Source: Dipteris shenzhenensis
Taxonomy: Eukaryota
Strand: one strand, 5' to 3'
NCBI GenBank assembly: GCA_047967505.1
Contig: CM106538.1
DNA: 64,000 nucleotides
The stretch's first letter is position 1. Each line of letters begins with the position of its first letter. This document shows, one piece after another, positions 1 through 13,004 of the stretch. A model generated the notes under the pieces. It worked only from the letters and a program-made list of their open reading frames with translations, was not told the DNA's origin and did not search any database. The position numbers and the translations under genes are program-made.

Positions 1-2500
1 GGATCTTGTATGCAAAATCAAGCAAAGTGATCGGCCTCCACTGTCGGATATCTGATCTATCTCCCTCTTTCGGGATCAAACACATCCACTCCCAGCGCAA
101 GGACTGAGGGAGAAGGCCTGTGTCGAAAATCTCTTGGCAAGCTAAACGGAAAGGGGTGGAGATAATCTCCCTGAAGTTCCAGAAGAAGGCCGGAGTCAAG
201 CCATCCTCCCCCGGGCATTTCTGGGTCGGGAGAGCCTTGAGGGCTTCCTAGAGCTCCTCCTCTGTGAAAGGCTCCTCAAGTCTGCTACATAGGTCCCACG
301 AGACTACTGTCAGAACGTGATCCCAAACTAGCTCTCAGGCCACAAGATCGGCTAGGGTTATCCTCTCTGTCTGAAAGAGCTAGCTATAAAAATCGGTGGT
401 CATGTCAAGAATCTCCTTAAAGGATGACCACCGGTTTTTATAGCCATCCTCTCTGTCTAAAAGAGCTGCCTATAAAAACCGGAGGTCATGTCAAGAATCT
501 GTCTGAAAGAGCTCCTGAAGGGTCCTCCTCCGCCTGAGGGCGTGAGCCTACAGCTCCACACTGCTCCTCTGAATCGCATCGACAACCCACGCAGCCCAAC
601 CCTCACTTGATGCCATCTCTGAGTGCTCCCAGATCTCTGACATAACCTGCTGAATCTCCTCGTCTTGCAAGAGATCCTCTGGGATGCGGACCCCCTTTTG
701 GAGAAGACTTCAACGAGGCTGATCCAAGTGAAGTACCACTGGAGAGTGGTCGAACATCATCGTACCTACCAGAATCTCGATAGCGCCACCTCTACGTAAT
801 GCCCAATCTCCAACATAGAAGCGATCCAATCTCTCGAGCAATCCATCGTGTCTCCTCTGTCCCAAGGAGAAGAGAAGGTTGCCAGGAGTCCTGCTGAACT
901 CTGACACTCTCCATGGGTCTCTGCCACTGATCATGAAAATGAACTGCTCCTCGGTACTACGCTCTGCTACTGGTATCTCAGAGAACGAGACGCCGCCTTG
1001 CTTGTCTTCCCCAAACTCCAAGTTTTTGAAGTCCCCTCCAACAATCCAGGAGTCAACATTCGAAAGACACTCTGACAGCCTCCTCCAAAAGACCGGACGA
1101 TGCTGTCTACACAATAGGGCATACACGTTCAAGATTCCAATCTTGGACTCTCCCGTCCGAACTCCCATCCAAACTGCCCGTCTTGGAATGAGCTCGCCCT
1201 GATCGTAGACCTCTGGAGCCAAGGTCTGTGAGATTGAGATGCAAACCCCTCCGCTCCATCCTACTGCGGGAGACCACTCCTCTGAACCTCTCCCTAGAAG
1301 AAGGTGATGGCGTCGTCTGATGTCTGCTGCTGAAAACATGTGCTCCTGAATCATAGGAATGTCCACTGCTCGCCCTACCACTGCCCTCTGCAACTCGTGC
1401 CGGAGCATCAGGTATTGCGGTTGGCCACGAACACGATCGTGGAGCCCATGTATGTTCCAACTCACTATGGTCTAGCTCATGAGGACGAGGGAGTCGAGAA
1501 CAAGACTCCTGTGGGTAAGTGCCTGTCCTAGAAAGATTGACTTGTGTGATTTTGCCGAGGGTTTAAAGGGCGAGTAGTCAGTGTCTGTGCAACGTCGTAC
1601 TAGGGTGGATACCGACTCAATATCGATCTTCCGTGCTCACTTCATCATAAAGGAGACTTCCATCCCGAACAAATCCGCACACGTCTCAAGGACCCAGAAG
1701 TGTGCCTCGTCCACCTTTGCCTCCATCGGCAATTTAATAACTCCCGTCGCTAAACCACACACCAACTCCTCGCGCATGAAGCTCAACTGAAAGTTCACCT
1801 CCGCGCCATGGGCGTACCAAAGATCTAGTCCCTATCGTCCCATCCACTCGTCCATCATGAGCATAAGCTGATTACCCAAAATAGCATCAAACACCTCCGG
1901 GGACCACTTCTCCAACCCTGTGGAGACAAACAGAAATCTCCAAACGGAGTGTGTCTGAGATCCCACTCTGCACTGATCAAACCCCCCTTGAGGGGTTGAA
2001 GGACCATGAGCGTGATCTCCAATGGTAAAGGATATGAGTCCGGAATCTCCAGATAGTTCTAAGATCCTAACCTCCAGAAGTCTCATGGTAAGGGACGCCC
2101 AAGCTGGAGGTTGGGAGCTGTTGGCCGAGAGGACGAGCCTCGTCTCTCAAGATCCCTCTCTAAGCGGACCTGCTGCTGCAATGAGGAGACAAAAGGAGGC
2201 ATCGTCGTTCCCTTGTCTGATGGCAAAGGTGTCAAAGCGGAAGAAGCTGCTACTACCATCGGAGGGGAACTGAGGGGAACTGAGGGGAACTGAGGTGTCG
2301 AAGCGGAAGAAGCTGCTACTACCATCGGAGGGGAACTGAGGGGAAGGGAGGAGGCCCACAATGAGGCCCACAAGCGCCTTGTCCTGGAGAGACTGAACTG
2401 CCTGTTGTACCTGTTTCTTGTCAGCTGGGAAAAGAAGAACCTTGACGGCTATGGGAGTCAAGAGTGCTTCCATAGAGCCCCTCTGACCAGACCAAAGGTC
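1..2500 (-). mobile_element. L1-type LINE (degenerate ORF1, APE endonuclease, RT N-terminus) in an E2F intron
   Basis: ORF 710-1465 has endonuclease motifs SWNIHGL, QEH, GGDF, RLDRFY, DHSPV. Positions 1-300 encode K-C-P-G-E-D-G-L-T-P-A-F-F and LIPKE...RYPTV...ITLL RT-like text. An ORF1-like remnant lies at 1500-2480. Confidence 0.9.
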
Positions 2501-2579
2501 ACCACCAAGATTTTCTTTCACCGTAACAAACACGAATGCTCCCGCTGCAGTGGGGCAAATGAAAAGGAAAAGAAAGAAT

Positions 2580-3110
2580 GACGAGGCGAGGCGAGGCTGA
2601 GGAGAGAGAATGGGAGGACGGCATGGAAAGTAGAGGGGAGGAGAGGAAGGAGGGAGAGGAGGAGGAGGAATGAAGAGGAAGGAGGACGGGAGAGGCAAGA
2701 GAAGAGGAGGAGGAGGGGGGAGGCGGAGCGGCGAGGGGGATGCACTGATGGAAGAAGGGCAGAAGGAAAGGAGGAAGTGCGGGGCGGCAAGGAGGGGGAG
2801 TGGGAGGCAAGGAGGCGAAAGGAGGGGTGGAGCGGCGGAGAAGGCAGGGCGGGGGGCGGAGCAAGGGGCGGTGGCGTAGGGAAGAAGGCAAGGCGGGGGA
2901 GCAACAAGGGAAGGAGGCACGAGGTGGGGGCAAGGGGGGGGCGGAGGTGGAGCAGGGAGGGCAAGGTAGAGCGGAGAGGGAGGAGGGGCGAGGCAGAGCG
3001 AGGGCGAGGGTGAGGGCGAGGCAGGGAGGAGGGGCAACGAAGAGGAGGGGGCAACATGTGGAGCAGACAGGAGCCAAGGGCAGCAGGGGGGAGCTCACCG
3101 AGCAGCTCCT
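2580..3110. repeat. Purine-rich (G/A) low-complexity tract
   Basis: Nearly pure GGA/GAG/GGC composition; produces spurious Pro-rich ORFs. Confidence 0.85.
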
Positions 3111-3279
3111 CCATACCCAATCTGCAATACCTCGGGGTCGATCAGGTCATCGGATACAAGCATGTTTACATACAGCTTCCACTAAAAAATTTCACACGAT
3201 TAGTATTTCCAAGCCTGTTAAGAGGTATTTGGCAATCTGCAAGCACAATTGCAATAGGTAATTCGATTGAATATATCAC

Positions 3280-3328
3280 CTGAAAACAAGGCAAATCCTT
3301 TATATCTTCTTCAGTCACATAAAGCCAA
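3280..3328 (-). CDS. E2F: E2F coding exon 9 (marked-box start); further exons lie left of the window
   Basis: WLYVTEEDIKDLPCFQ, a conserved plant E2F motif; CAG|GTGA donor. Confidence 0.95.
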
Positions 3329-3443
3329 CTGCAGAGGATTTGATCAAGTCTCAACACCACTCTTATCACAACCCTTGATATGAAAAAGTGATCAACCTTA
3401 CCCCAACCAAGCAACACACCAACAATAGAAACTTAAAGGATAC

Positions 3444-3494
3444 TGCTTATTAATTTCGTCCTCACTTATGATCCTCAATCTTTCCCGTGTTTCC
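3444..3494 (-). CDS. E2F: E2F coding exon 8
   Basis: ETRERLRIISEDEINK-H; TGCAG acceptor, CA|GTAT donor. Confidence 0.92.
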
Positions 3495-3676
3495 CTGCAT
3501 ACAGATTTAGGCCCTTGTATATGTCACCATAAGAACCATAAGAAATATAAGTGACAATCTTAAAACCCTGATGTGTCAAAATCCCTAGAGGATGATGTGC
3601 AATCCTACGCAAAATTGTTCCTTTTAATATCGAATACATTATAGTTTATGTACAGAAATATCAGACAAGAAAGGAC

Positions 3677-3729
3677 CTGATGCAATTATCTAGCCTCTTC
3701 TCTTCTAAATGTAAGCTTTCCAACTCTGC
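3677..3729 (-). CDS. E2F: E2F coding exon 7 (coiled-coil/dimerisation)
   Basis: AELESLHLEEKRLDNCI-R; GCAG acceptor, AG|GT donor. Confidence 0.93.
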
Positions 3730-3856
3730 CTGCAAATGTCGACTCAACATATTAAACAGCACTGATTATCAATAGCAAATCACCACAAAGAATCTTGAAT
3801 GTTTCAAGTCCAATCAGTTAGCCAGTTGAACTACAAACAGAGATTCGTAGAATGAC

Positions 3857-3911
3857 CTTCAAGGAATCAATTTCCTCATTCACTTCACTTGGCCTTGAAA
3901 CACCCAGGCCT
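3857..3911 (-). CDS. E2F: E2F coding exon 6
   Basis: GLGVSRPSEVNEEIDSLK; TACAG acceptor, AAG|GT donor; phase fits. Confidence 0.93.
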
Positions 3912-4051
3912 CTGTAGCATATTTACACCACCACAATCAGTCACACGTGTATGGCATTGAAAACATGTCAACAAATTGATAAGATTGAAAGCTTAACGAG
4001 GCCTCCACATAGAAGTCAAGCATCAAATCCTTAACTTCAAAAAGCACTTAC

Positions 4052-4140
4052 TTCCAGCGAATTCTGTTCTTCAACTTCTTTTCAATCAGTCCAACACCTT
4101 CAAGCACATTTGTGATATCATAAATTCTGCGCTTTTGAAC
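4052..4140 (-). CDS. E2F: E2F coding exon 5 (DNA-binding domain, RRxYD motif)
   Basis: [30 protein letters not shown], the canonical E2F signature; donor AA|GTAAGT. Confidence 0.97.
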
Positions 4141-4414
4141 CTATTTCATGATTTAAGAAGGCAATGGTCACAATGCGAGCATTCATGTAAGCCTTCCCAT
4201 CCACTCATCCCATTTCCACCTTAAATTCAAATGAAGGAAAGAAAGGGGAGACCAAGCTTTGGCAGGATGACAAAAACTGTGGACTCTTGAGATTCAAAAC
4301 TGAGCAGATGATAAGTTATTAAAGGAAAAATTAAATATAGGCAATCCTCTCCTGCAATTATAAAGACACACAGGAAATGATCCCACATGGTGGCAAAGAA
4401 ACTCATCAACCTAC

Positions 4415-4500
4415 TCGCAATATATCAGCAGCTTTATTCAGGTCCAGAACTCCATCGTCTGCTTGCGTTATTAAATTTATAAACTTCTTTGTAAGCAGGC
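4415..4500 (-). CDS. E2F: E2F coding exon 4 (DNA-binding domain)
   Basis: [32 protein letters not shown] boundaries. Confidence 0.96.
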
Positions 4501-4590
4501 CTGAGACAAACAAGGAAGTTACAACCAAGTGCACTAATAGTAAAATGATTCAAGTCACGACCAAAGGATCTCTAAAAGATGTGACATTAC

Positions 4591-4650
4591 CAAGAGAGCT
4601 GTCATAGCGGCAGGTGCTCACAGGTGTACGGATGTTACACAGAGGGGAGC
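4591..4650 (-). CDS. E2F: E2F coding exon 3
   Basis: GSPLCNIRTPVSTCRYDSSLG, containing the conserved CRYDSSLG start of the E2F DNA-binding domain; AG/GT boundaries. Confidence 0.95.
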
Positions 4651-4762
4651 CTATAAAATCCAGAAAACACAATCAGCTTCATGAAATCGCTGTGAAATGG
4701 TGCATTTATTGCCATATTTTCCATAGATGAATTGTGGAAGAGTCTTACTCTCACGAGGTCCC

Positions 4763-4766
<4 letters not shown>

Positions 4767-4807
<41 letters not shown>
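4767..4807. repeat. (CT)n microsatellite
   Basis: Direct inspection. Confidence 0.95.
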
Positions 4808-4809
<2 letters not shown>

Positions 4810-4883
4810 TAGTGGACAATAATACACTTTCTTTCTTTCTTTCTCAATTAAAACAGCAAGTCATCATCGACACCTGAAGATAC

Positions 4884-5082
4884 CTATATTTGACCGCGGT
4901 GTCTGAGGCTCCACTTTGGAATATCTAGCAGGTTTAAGGTGACTGACCCTTCTCCTACCCTGCCCTGAGGATGGAGTCGTGACAGGACTGCCATCTGCCT
5001 CAGCACCACCAGAAACCTGACCAGAAGGCCAGTCATTCGGATCCATACTATAATCTTCATTCATAATTGATATTTCCTTCAC
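4884..5082 (-). CDS. E2F: E2F coding exon 2 (includes basic NLS-like segment)
   Basis: CAG|GTG acceptor; VKEISIMNED...TPSSGQGRRRVSHLKPARYSKVEPQTPRSNI-G; G|GTAT donor; phases consistent. Confidence 0.88.
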
Positions 5083-5639
5083 CTGTGGATCCCACAACTC
5101 TTTAACCAATAACATCAGAGTAGTTTGATTTACAAGAAAGAGCTTCTCATATGGTAAGGAAAACTGTGCAAGAACTGAGATGTAAGAGCATTCTTTCTTC
5201 TGAGGCCCAGTTGTGTAAATATTCTTTGAAGTATTTTTCAGGAATCCTTTCATAATGTCACTATGTTTTGAACTCTATCCCTCTTATAAATACCATAAAG
5301 ACCCGAAACCTTGGAGAATTTAAAGCAGCCCAAGGCTTTTGAACACAACCCTTCCTTTTACAATATATTCTATGATAACCCCTATGAAAACTTCAAATCT
5401 TAAACACATGTCCTACAACATGTTGACAAATGAAAAGGTAGAAGAAACCAAGGGAACCCCTGAAAAGCTCATGTTTGGTAGCCCTTTTTGACTTCGTCTG
5501 CATTACCATAAATGTTAAGTGCATTAAACACATTTCATGTACAAAAGGATATGATGAAAGGGTATAGTTCAAAAGAATTCCTTATAATATATTCGAGAAA
5601 AATTCGAAACACCAACTGCAAGAACAGAACAGTTTACGA

Positions 5640-6170
5640 AGGATGTGCATCAGCACATTACCTCTTGCATGATTTGTCAAAAAGCCAAGGATTATTGCAA
5701 CTTTTGCAAGGCCCAAAATTTCCTTGGGAGCATGTAGCCATGGATTTTATTGTGAATTTCCTCAAGCTCATTATCTGATTTCGACAATTATTGATCGATT
5801 CAGCAAACAAGCTCCTCCCATTCCATGGAAAACGAAATTGAAAGCTACAAAAGCGGAATCCCTTTAATATTTGTGCATAGTTGCAGTCACTAGACAGATA
5901 TTTCTTATTTGGATAGTAAGCTCAAGTAGCTTGGAAACAAAGTTGTAGTGTTCTTCACATCCTCAGACCAACGGACGGACAGAGCGAGACAAGGAGATGA
6001 GATCAGCTTTTGGGCCATATTCTTTTTCAAGTGAAAAGCTCCCATCCAATTTCCCACTCTCTGCGTAGCTTGGGAACTAAGTTGGAGTGTTCTTCACATC
6101 CTCAGCCCAACAGATGGACAGAGTAAGACGAGGAGATGAGATCAGCTTTTGGGCCATATTCTTCCTCAAG
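5640..6170 (+). mobile_element. Gypsy integrase fragment with ~140-bp tandem duplication
   Basis: GLLQLLQGPKFPWEHVAMDFIVN, IIDRFSKQA and HPQTNGRTE motifs; 5925-6030 is repeated at 6065-6170. Confidence 0.75.
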
Positions 6171-6174
6171 GCAG

Positions 6175-8780
6175 GAAACAGGGCTGCCACATGGGCAGCA
6201 CATGGGCTGCTGTAATCAGCCTGTAATCAGCCCCAAAACCTTAGAAAACAGCACCTCTGGTAAAATCACAGCCACAACTCTCAAATGCAATAGGTGAATT
6301 CAAATCACAGCAGTTCGATGCAAATCGCAGTAGATCTAAACAGTTCATTGCAGATTGGCAGCAGAGAAGAATTCGAATTTAAATCCATAAGGAAAATACA
6401 AATCTGATAGCTTCCTCTGATGAGAATTAGCAGTAAATCTCTTCTGGGTATCAAGACGGGGGGGGAGGGAGCAAAGAACACACCCACTGGGGGCCAGAAA
6501 TAAGGGCTGTCCCCCCCCCCGCGGTTTGCATTTCAGAATTCAATATCTATTACAACATTCAGCTCATGCAGAGCTCAGAGAAGGTACTACAGCAAATCGC
6601 AATTACAACAGAGATGAATGAAACTCAAAAATCGCCTCCTGACTAGGCAAAATACAAACTGACTCCTAGCTTTGGCAGATACAGCTAAAAATAGCAACCT
6701 TAGACGTGTGGTCCCTCTAGCACTTTGGACATCCAGTTTGCATGCCTTTCCCCATTAAAATTTGGGAATTTTAACCATCTCTAAGCACCTACCAAAAATT
6801 AAACACCACCAAGCACATTTTCACCCGTTGACAGTTAGCCGATGCAAGCATTCTGATTCTCTAGACTAATCCTAATCCTGTGTGGGCATCCCCACCACAA
6901 ACAATCTCAAAAATATTTTTAAAATGTCTAGTTGACAGAAGTTAACTCACTCTGACCGAAGTCAATTATCATATTTTCTCTTTATTTCTGGGAATAAATA
7001 CTTGGTGCATCCCCTTGGCTTCTATTCAATTATCCCCTATAGAAAGGCTTCTTTATACATCTGCAAGACATGTACATATTTTGAAAAATAATCGTGATCT
7101 ACCTACTTGGCATCAAGTCCCGGATAATTCTTAAACTTAACAAGATACCTGTGAAAAAAATCTACCCCTGGGGCCTCTCTTTTCCATGCAATAGACAATC
7201 TGCTCTAGTTCAAGGATCTCCTCCAACTCATCCACCTCTAGTCATTCTTCACGAATCAGTTCCACTGGCTCAAGCCCTTCCAAAGACTCACATGGAATCC
7301 ATTATAGATCTTTCAATGCTTGGATAAATCCATCTTACGAGCTACTTCATTGATCTCCCATGATCCGAAACGATCCATAATATCCGATGGACTGCTTTGG
7401 ATATGCATATTCCTTACCCTTCATCTTTTGGAGCCAAGGCTTTCCAAACTTTAGGAGCACCTAGTCACCAATCTGAAGATCGAGCTGCCTCCGATGTTTA
7501 TCTGGAACCTGATCTTGCAATCCTGGCTTGTTCAAGGGCTCCTTCCAGATCTCAGACATGTTGATCAACAATAAAAATTTCATCTTGTGTCCGTAAGATA
7601 CATGGTGGAATTGCCTTACCATAGATCCTTGAAAGGTGCTTTTCCCTTACAGTTGTGGAAAGTATTGTAGTATGCAAACTCCACCACTGGAAGATATCTT
7701 TTCCACTCAATCTTCTGGCCAAACACATAACATTTCAGCAAATCCAGAACAGTGAATTGGCTATTTCACTTTGTCCATCAGACTAGGGATGAAACGAAGA
7801 AGAAAAATCAAGCTTGGTGCCCATATTATCAAATATTCTCTCCAAAAAAGGCTGGTCATTCTAGGATCTTGATCACTGACTATGGACTTAGGCATACCAT
7901 TATGTTTGAAAACATGTGTCGAAAACACTTTAGCCATGGTATTCCATACAAGTATGAGGTGAGCTTGTTTGTAGACTCTGTCAATGACCATCCAAATATC
8001 ATCATTTCCTTGTCTCGACCTTGGCAGATCGAAGATGAAATCCATGGCTATGTTCTCCTTAGGTGCCTGAGGCACTGGAAAAGGCATCAAGAGATCAAGT
8101 ATCTTGCGCCTATCGTATTTCGCTTTTTGACAAGTAAGACATTCATATACAAATCGCTGAATAGCTTTACACATACAGGGCATAAGAATTACCTTTCCAG
8201 GGCCTGTTTAGTGGAAGCAATCCCTCTATGATCTACATAAGGTGGAGCATGACATTCTTCCATAATTTCCGACCTTAGAGTCCTAGTAACACACAAGAAT
8301 CATCTTTCATAAGATATCCATATTTTAAGAAATAATGGCTGGTTGATTCCTCCGCCTGCATTTTTTGTATAATCTTCCCAAAGTCTGGGTCTTTTGCATA
8401 TTGTACTTGCATCTGTTTCTAGTCCTAATGATAAGCAAGTCATTTTATTCACCTGGGACCTCCGAGATAAAGCATCTACCATTATATTCTGCACTCTAGG
8501 TATATGAACAATGTCAAAGTGGAACATGGACAAGAAATTGACCTATCTCATATGCTTTTCAAAAAGCTTGGTCTAAGTCAAGAAATACTTAAGACTTTGA
8601 TAGTCAATCTTGATTGTGAAATTAGCCCCCAAAAGGTAATGTTTCGATATTATCAAAGCATGATACATTACAATCTTCAATAGTATGATCTTCCGATCTT
8701 TCAGAGAGCAAATTACCTAGAAGAGTATCTGAAAGGCAATCTCTTGAAATTTTCAAGAAACTAAAAATTATTTCTATCTG
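6175..8780 (-). mobile_element. Degenerate chromoviral Gypsy (RNaseH end, integrase, chromodomain, probable 3' LTR)
   Basis: ORFs give NIMVDALSR, CLTCQKAK and IAMDFIFDLPRS...IVSDQDPRMTSLFW. 7100-7150 reads RYLVKFKNYPGLDAK(W->stop), chromodomain-like. Non-coding LTR-like sequence lies below ~7010. Confidence 0.8.
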
Positions 8781-8949
8781 GGAAACTCAATTGAGCATGT
8801 ATATCATTCTCTACTTCTTCAACAAAGACAGTATACGTATAAATTGCAGATTTCATTAGCAAAATGATCAGATACAACAGAAATGGTTTCCTTCCTCTTC
8901 TTTGCGACAATCCAATGCTTCTTTATCGAGGAGGACGGGGAGTTATGAC

Positions 8950-11915
8950 GGTGCGGACCCGTGGAATGAGTGTAAAAATTGGGCTGAAAATGGCAGCATG
9001 GAATTGCAATGGTACCCTTTGGTCCGATCCATGAGGTTCTTGGAGACCTACACAGATAGAGACATTGTCTTTTACACCGAGACACGTGAGAGCCTAGAGA
9101 GAAGCCTGCCCACAATGACGGATACACCTGGGAGTCAGCTCATAGGAGAGAGATGAGGAGAGACAGTGGAATACGAGGCTCTGGAGGTGTAGCTATTCTC
9201 TTTAGATCACAATATTCATAGTATAGAGAGAGGTGCATGCACAACATATGTGGATACGAGTCTAATTACTGGAGGCACGTCTGATCTTCATTGTCGTGTG
9301 CTACTTCCACCAAGATACATCATCCCATGCACATGAGGTCGCCACAGAGAGACACAACCCATCACGGAGTTCTCTAGACAAGGAGATATCCTCCTTCTCG
9401 GTGACTTCATTTGCACGCACAAGAGATAGGCAAGTGGGATTGCTGGATTTGGAGAATGACTCTCTCATAGTACCGGAGCTAGATCCAACACAGCTTGGGA
9501 TAGTGAGGCACTCGGTAGATGCACACATGTGATAGGGTATGGGCATCATCTACTTGAGCTGGGACCTGTCCACGACTTCATTACATATAATGGTCTCCAA
9601 AGACGGTCGTGGCTCACTTGCTTCCCAGATGGTGAAGGGACCAGTACAGCGGACTATCTGATGGGTCCCTTGGCCTTTGTACCACAGATAAATGACTTCA
9701 TTATGCCTTCCCCCTGCTCAAAGCTGAACACTCATACCTAGCTTTAGCATCTCAACTACCATGCCAACCATAGGGAGAGCCCCCTGTTAGAAATCAACCA
9801 ACAGAGGGTATGCACAACGAAAGACTGATAGAATAGCCTAGGAGCTCACATAGTGTGGTGTGGGGTGTGGAATCACAAACTTCTTAAACTTATGTACATA
9901 GCACAGGTGTGCAGACTCTAGACAATGAACCTATCAGATAGAGAGACCACCAAAATAATATATTTTCATCCAAAGCTATAAACACAATACAAATCCAAAA
10001 AAACCGACCAGCAGCATCATTCTGGCCGACCCAAACAGGCCGACCAGTCTGCTGCAAAACCAGCCCTTTAAGGGCTCCAAAACTGGGGCTGACTGCTCCA
10101 TTTCTTCATGCAGGTTCCAGCCTTGGTTTGGCCCTTCAACCAGGCCTGGTTGGCTGGCTGTATCCAGCCCAACCAGCCTGTCTAGTCAGGCCTTCTCCTC
10201 TGCTGTCCACCTGCCATCTCTACTGCGCCACTTGCAAGCTCTGTTGCAGGTCATATACCTGCCCACAAGCAATGCCACATGGCTCGCCTTTCAGTTGCCT
10301 TTCTCCTGGGTATTCTCCGCCATTTGGTGCTGCTCCAAACAAGCCTCTGACAGGCCAGATCCAAGCTAGACCTCCATAGCCAACTTTCCGTCCATCTATT
10401 GCAGCCACCATGGCTCCTCCAGGTTCTTCTTTCTTTCTCTGATCTCTGCCCCCATGGCAGCCATCTTGCTGCCCATGTGGCCATCCCCAGGACCCAAGTT
10501 CACCCCCCCCCCCATGTTCTCTTCATATAGGGGCTTACAGATGGGGAGGTGACCTTTCCAACACGCCCCACCCACACCCACCCATGTCCAGGTCCACTTT
10601 GACCATGCTCTTGATCCAATCTACGTGAGTCATCTAGCGCATGAGCTCCCGAACCTACTTGGAGAAGATGCAAACCTCACCCATTCTTCGGATATCCTTG
10701 TCTCAATGACACAAGATGTTGCGGCTAGATCCTTCTCCACAACCCGATCTGCAACATATGCCCCGATTGGGACGATGCCTCGGAATCCTTGGTATGATGA
10801 CAAGTGCAGACAAATGAGATCTTACCTTACATGTGAGCAAGCCTTGGGCCATCTTAGGACACATAAGGCGCGGCAAATTGCACGACTGACACGTCGTAAG
10901 AGGCGAGCTTTCCTCACACACAAGATGGAGAAGGTGATCTGATCTTCTCAAGGGGGAGACCTACCATTGGATGGGGGCTCTTGACTGAGAGGAAGCCACC
11001 TATTCCCATCACGGATCCAGGGGTTTGGCACAATTATGCGAGTTCACTCTATGATGTTCCGATGCAAACACCACCTAACATGTTATCCTTGCCCAAGGGC
11101 ACCACATGTCGTTTGTTCACTACACAGAATGTACAGGGCACGCTCTGCCAAAAAGGAAGAGCTCAAGATCATGAGGGCCTACGGATGGAGTATTTTGCAC
11201 ATGGGCAGGAGGAGGTCCTAGCTCCGATTTTAGCGGATATGTTCCACCACACTGTATGCCACGGCTTCCCCTCACAAATTGGAGTACTACCACCATTGTG
11301 CCCATACACAAAGCAGAAGATCCCATGGACAATGGGAATTACTGCACCCTTAAGATTGGCTACACTTTGGCCAAGCTATATGGGTCGGTACTAGAGAGGG
11401 AGATCAACAGTCACAAAGAGACAAATGGGCAACGGGCCTAGGCAAGTTTCCGACGATAGCACTCCACCCTTGACCACATCTTCACTTTGAGGGCCATCAT
11501 AGAGGAGGCGAAATCAAGGTGCCAAAAAGTCTACGCTTGCTTTCTAGACTTCCAAAAGGCCTTTGACACTATCACATGCTCCCGTATGATCAGGAGGCTT
11601 CAAGAGATGCAAATTCTAGAGGTTTTGATTTAGGAAGGAAGTGATGAGTCTATACAAGTCTGTCAAAGGGAGAGTTTGGGCCCCAGGGGGTCTATGAAAC
11701 TAGGTCGACAGCACCATCGGAGTGAAGCAAGGATGTTCTCTTTCACCGACCCTCTTCAGGCTCTATATTGACAAGATCCCATCCTTTATTGACCGCCTAG
11801 GAGGCGAAGGATCACTGTAGGCCGAATTGATAATACAAATATTGCTATATGCAGATGACATAATCCTTGTATCATCTTCAACAGAGGGGCTGCAAAGGCA
11901 TCTAGAGGCACTAGA
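8950..11915 (+). mobile_element. Degenerate LINE (endonuclease 8990-9780; RT 10570-11915) split by a solo LTR
   Basis: AWNCNG, IVFYTET and TSTADYL endonuclease-like motifs; PWYDDKC, IVPIHK...NY, DFQKAFD, GVKQGCSLSPTLF and YADDIILV RT motifs. Confidence 0.88.
9785..10563. mobile_element. Solo LTR (779 bp)
   Basis: Termini TGTTAGAAA...TTTCCAACA (imperfect inverted repeat), flanked by CCCCC/CGCCC (5-bp TSD, one mismatch); interrupts the LINE between its EN and RT regions. Confidence 0.8.
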
Positions 11916-11919
11916 GGTG

Positions 11920-12160
11920 TCTCATCATCAATTGCCTTTTTATCCCTTCTTGCAGTATGCATCAAAGGCCTCTGAGGTAAACTCCCCCCTTGGTCGATCT
12001 TAAAAGTCTTCAGCTTCTTATCTGACTCCTTCTCAACCTTGCCCAACTACTTGAACTTTGTGAAAGCTTAAGATTTATTGGCAATGCAATAGATCCAAGT
12101 ATATCTATTGAAATCATCAATAAACGTGAGAGAATACCCGGCTCCAAAGAGGCCTCTTGA
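11920..12160 (-). mobile_element. Copia integrase fragment
   Basis: YSLTFIDDFNRYTWIY...KVEKESDKKLKTFKIDQGG. Confidence 0.8.
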
Positions 12161-13004
12161 TGCTACTTGCCCCCCAGCAAGCCTAACAAGCTTCTGATTT
12201 GTCTGTCTTATGTGGAAGTCCATCCACCAATCCAACTTTTTGCATCACACAAGGGAAAAATCCACTCAAAAAGAACAGTAACCACCAACCAAGATGTTGT
12301 ACACAAAAATCGCAATCTAGGAGACTACAAGTACTGAGAGCTTCAGAAGGAAAAAATCTGCCACACTACACAGCTATTTCTTGGACCGGTTGTGCACCTC
12401 CCACGATGTTTCTTTGAGTTAAATCAATGAGTGTTTGTTGTGATCTTGAGGGAGTTTCTTGAGAGATTAGCTGAGAGATCTAAGGTGAGCTAGGGTTTGC
12501 CGTCTAAGCAACTCCACATCCTCATTAGGGGGCTTACAAGTGAGACGATGGACCCTATTTTCCAACAAGCCCACATGACTGCAAGGACTCAAATGAATGT
12601 TTGACAATGCAAGATGGGATTCAAAGACCTAAGATCAGCACGATCATGCCACAATAAGAACACTTCAAGATAGCTTTGACTATTCTTTGATGTGATATGC
12701 TTTATGCAAAGATGTACAAGTTTAAGTTCTTCCAAAAAAAATCATTATACCTTGGCCACATCATCGATGTTGATAGTATTCACCTAGGCCTTGAAAAAGT
12801 TCAGATACCGAATTAATGCCAATATTACATACTATCACAAAATGAGATCCTTTTAGGATTCACTATGGCTCTTAGAATTGAGGTCTATGGCTTTTATAAG
12901 TCAAAAGTCAACTATAGCACACGTCATATCCTCCCATGAGGAAGCTGTACAATGTTGTCTATGCTCTGAAGACATGAAGGCACTATCGTTATCGCTCCAA
13001 AATT

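Noticed and set aside
2147-3261. Long Pro-, Gly- or Arg-rich ORFs (extensin-like)
   Set aside because: Products of a purine-rich low-complexity tract open in several frames on both strands.
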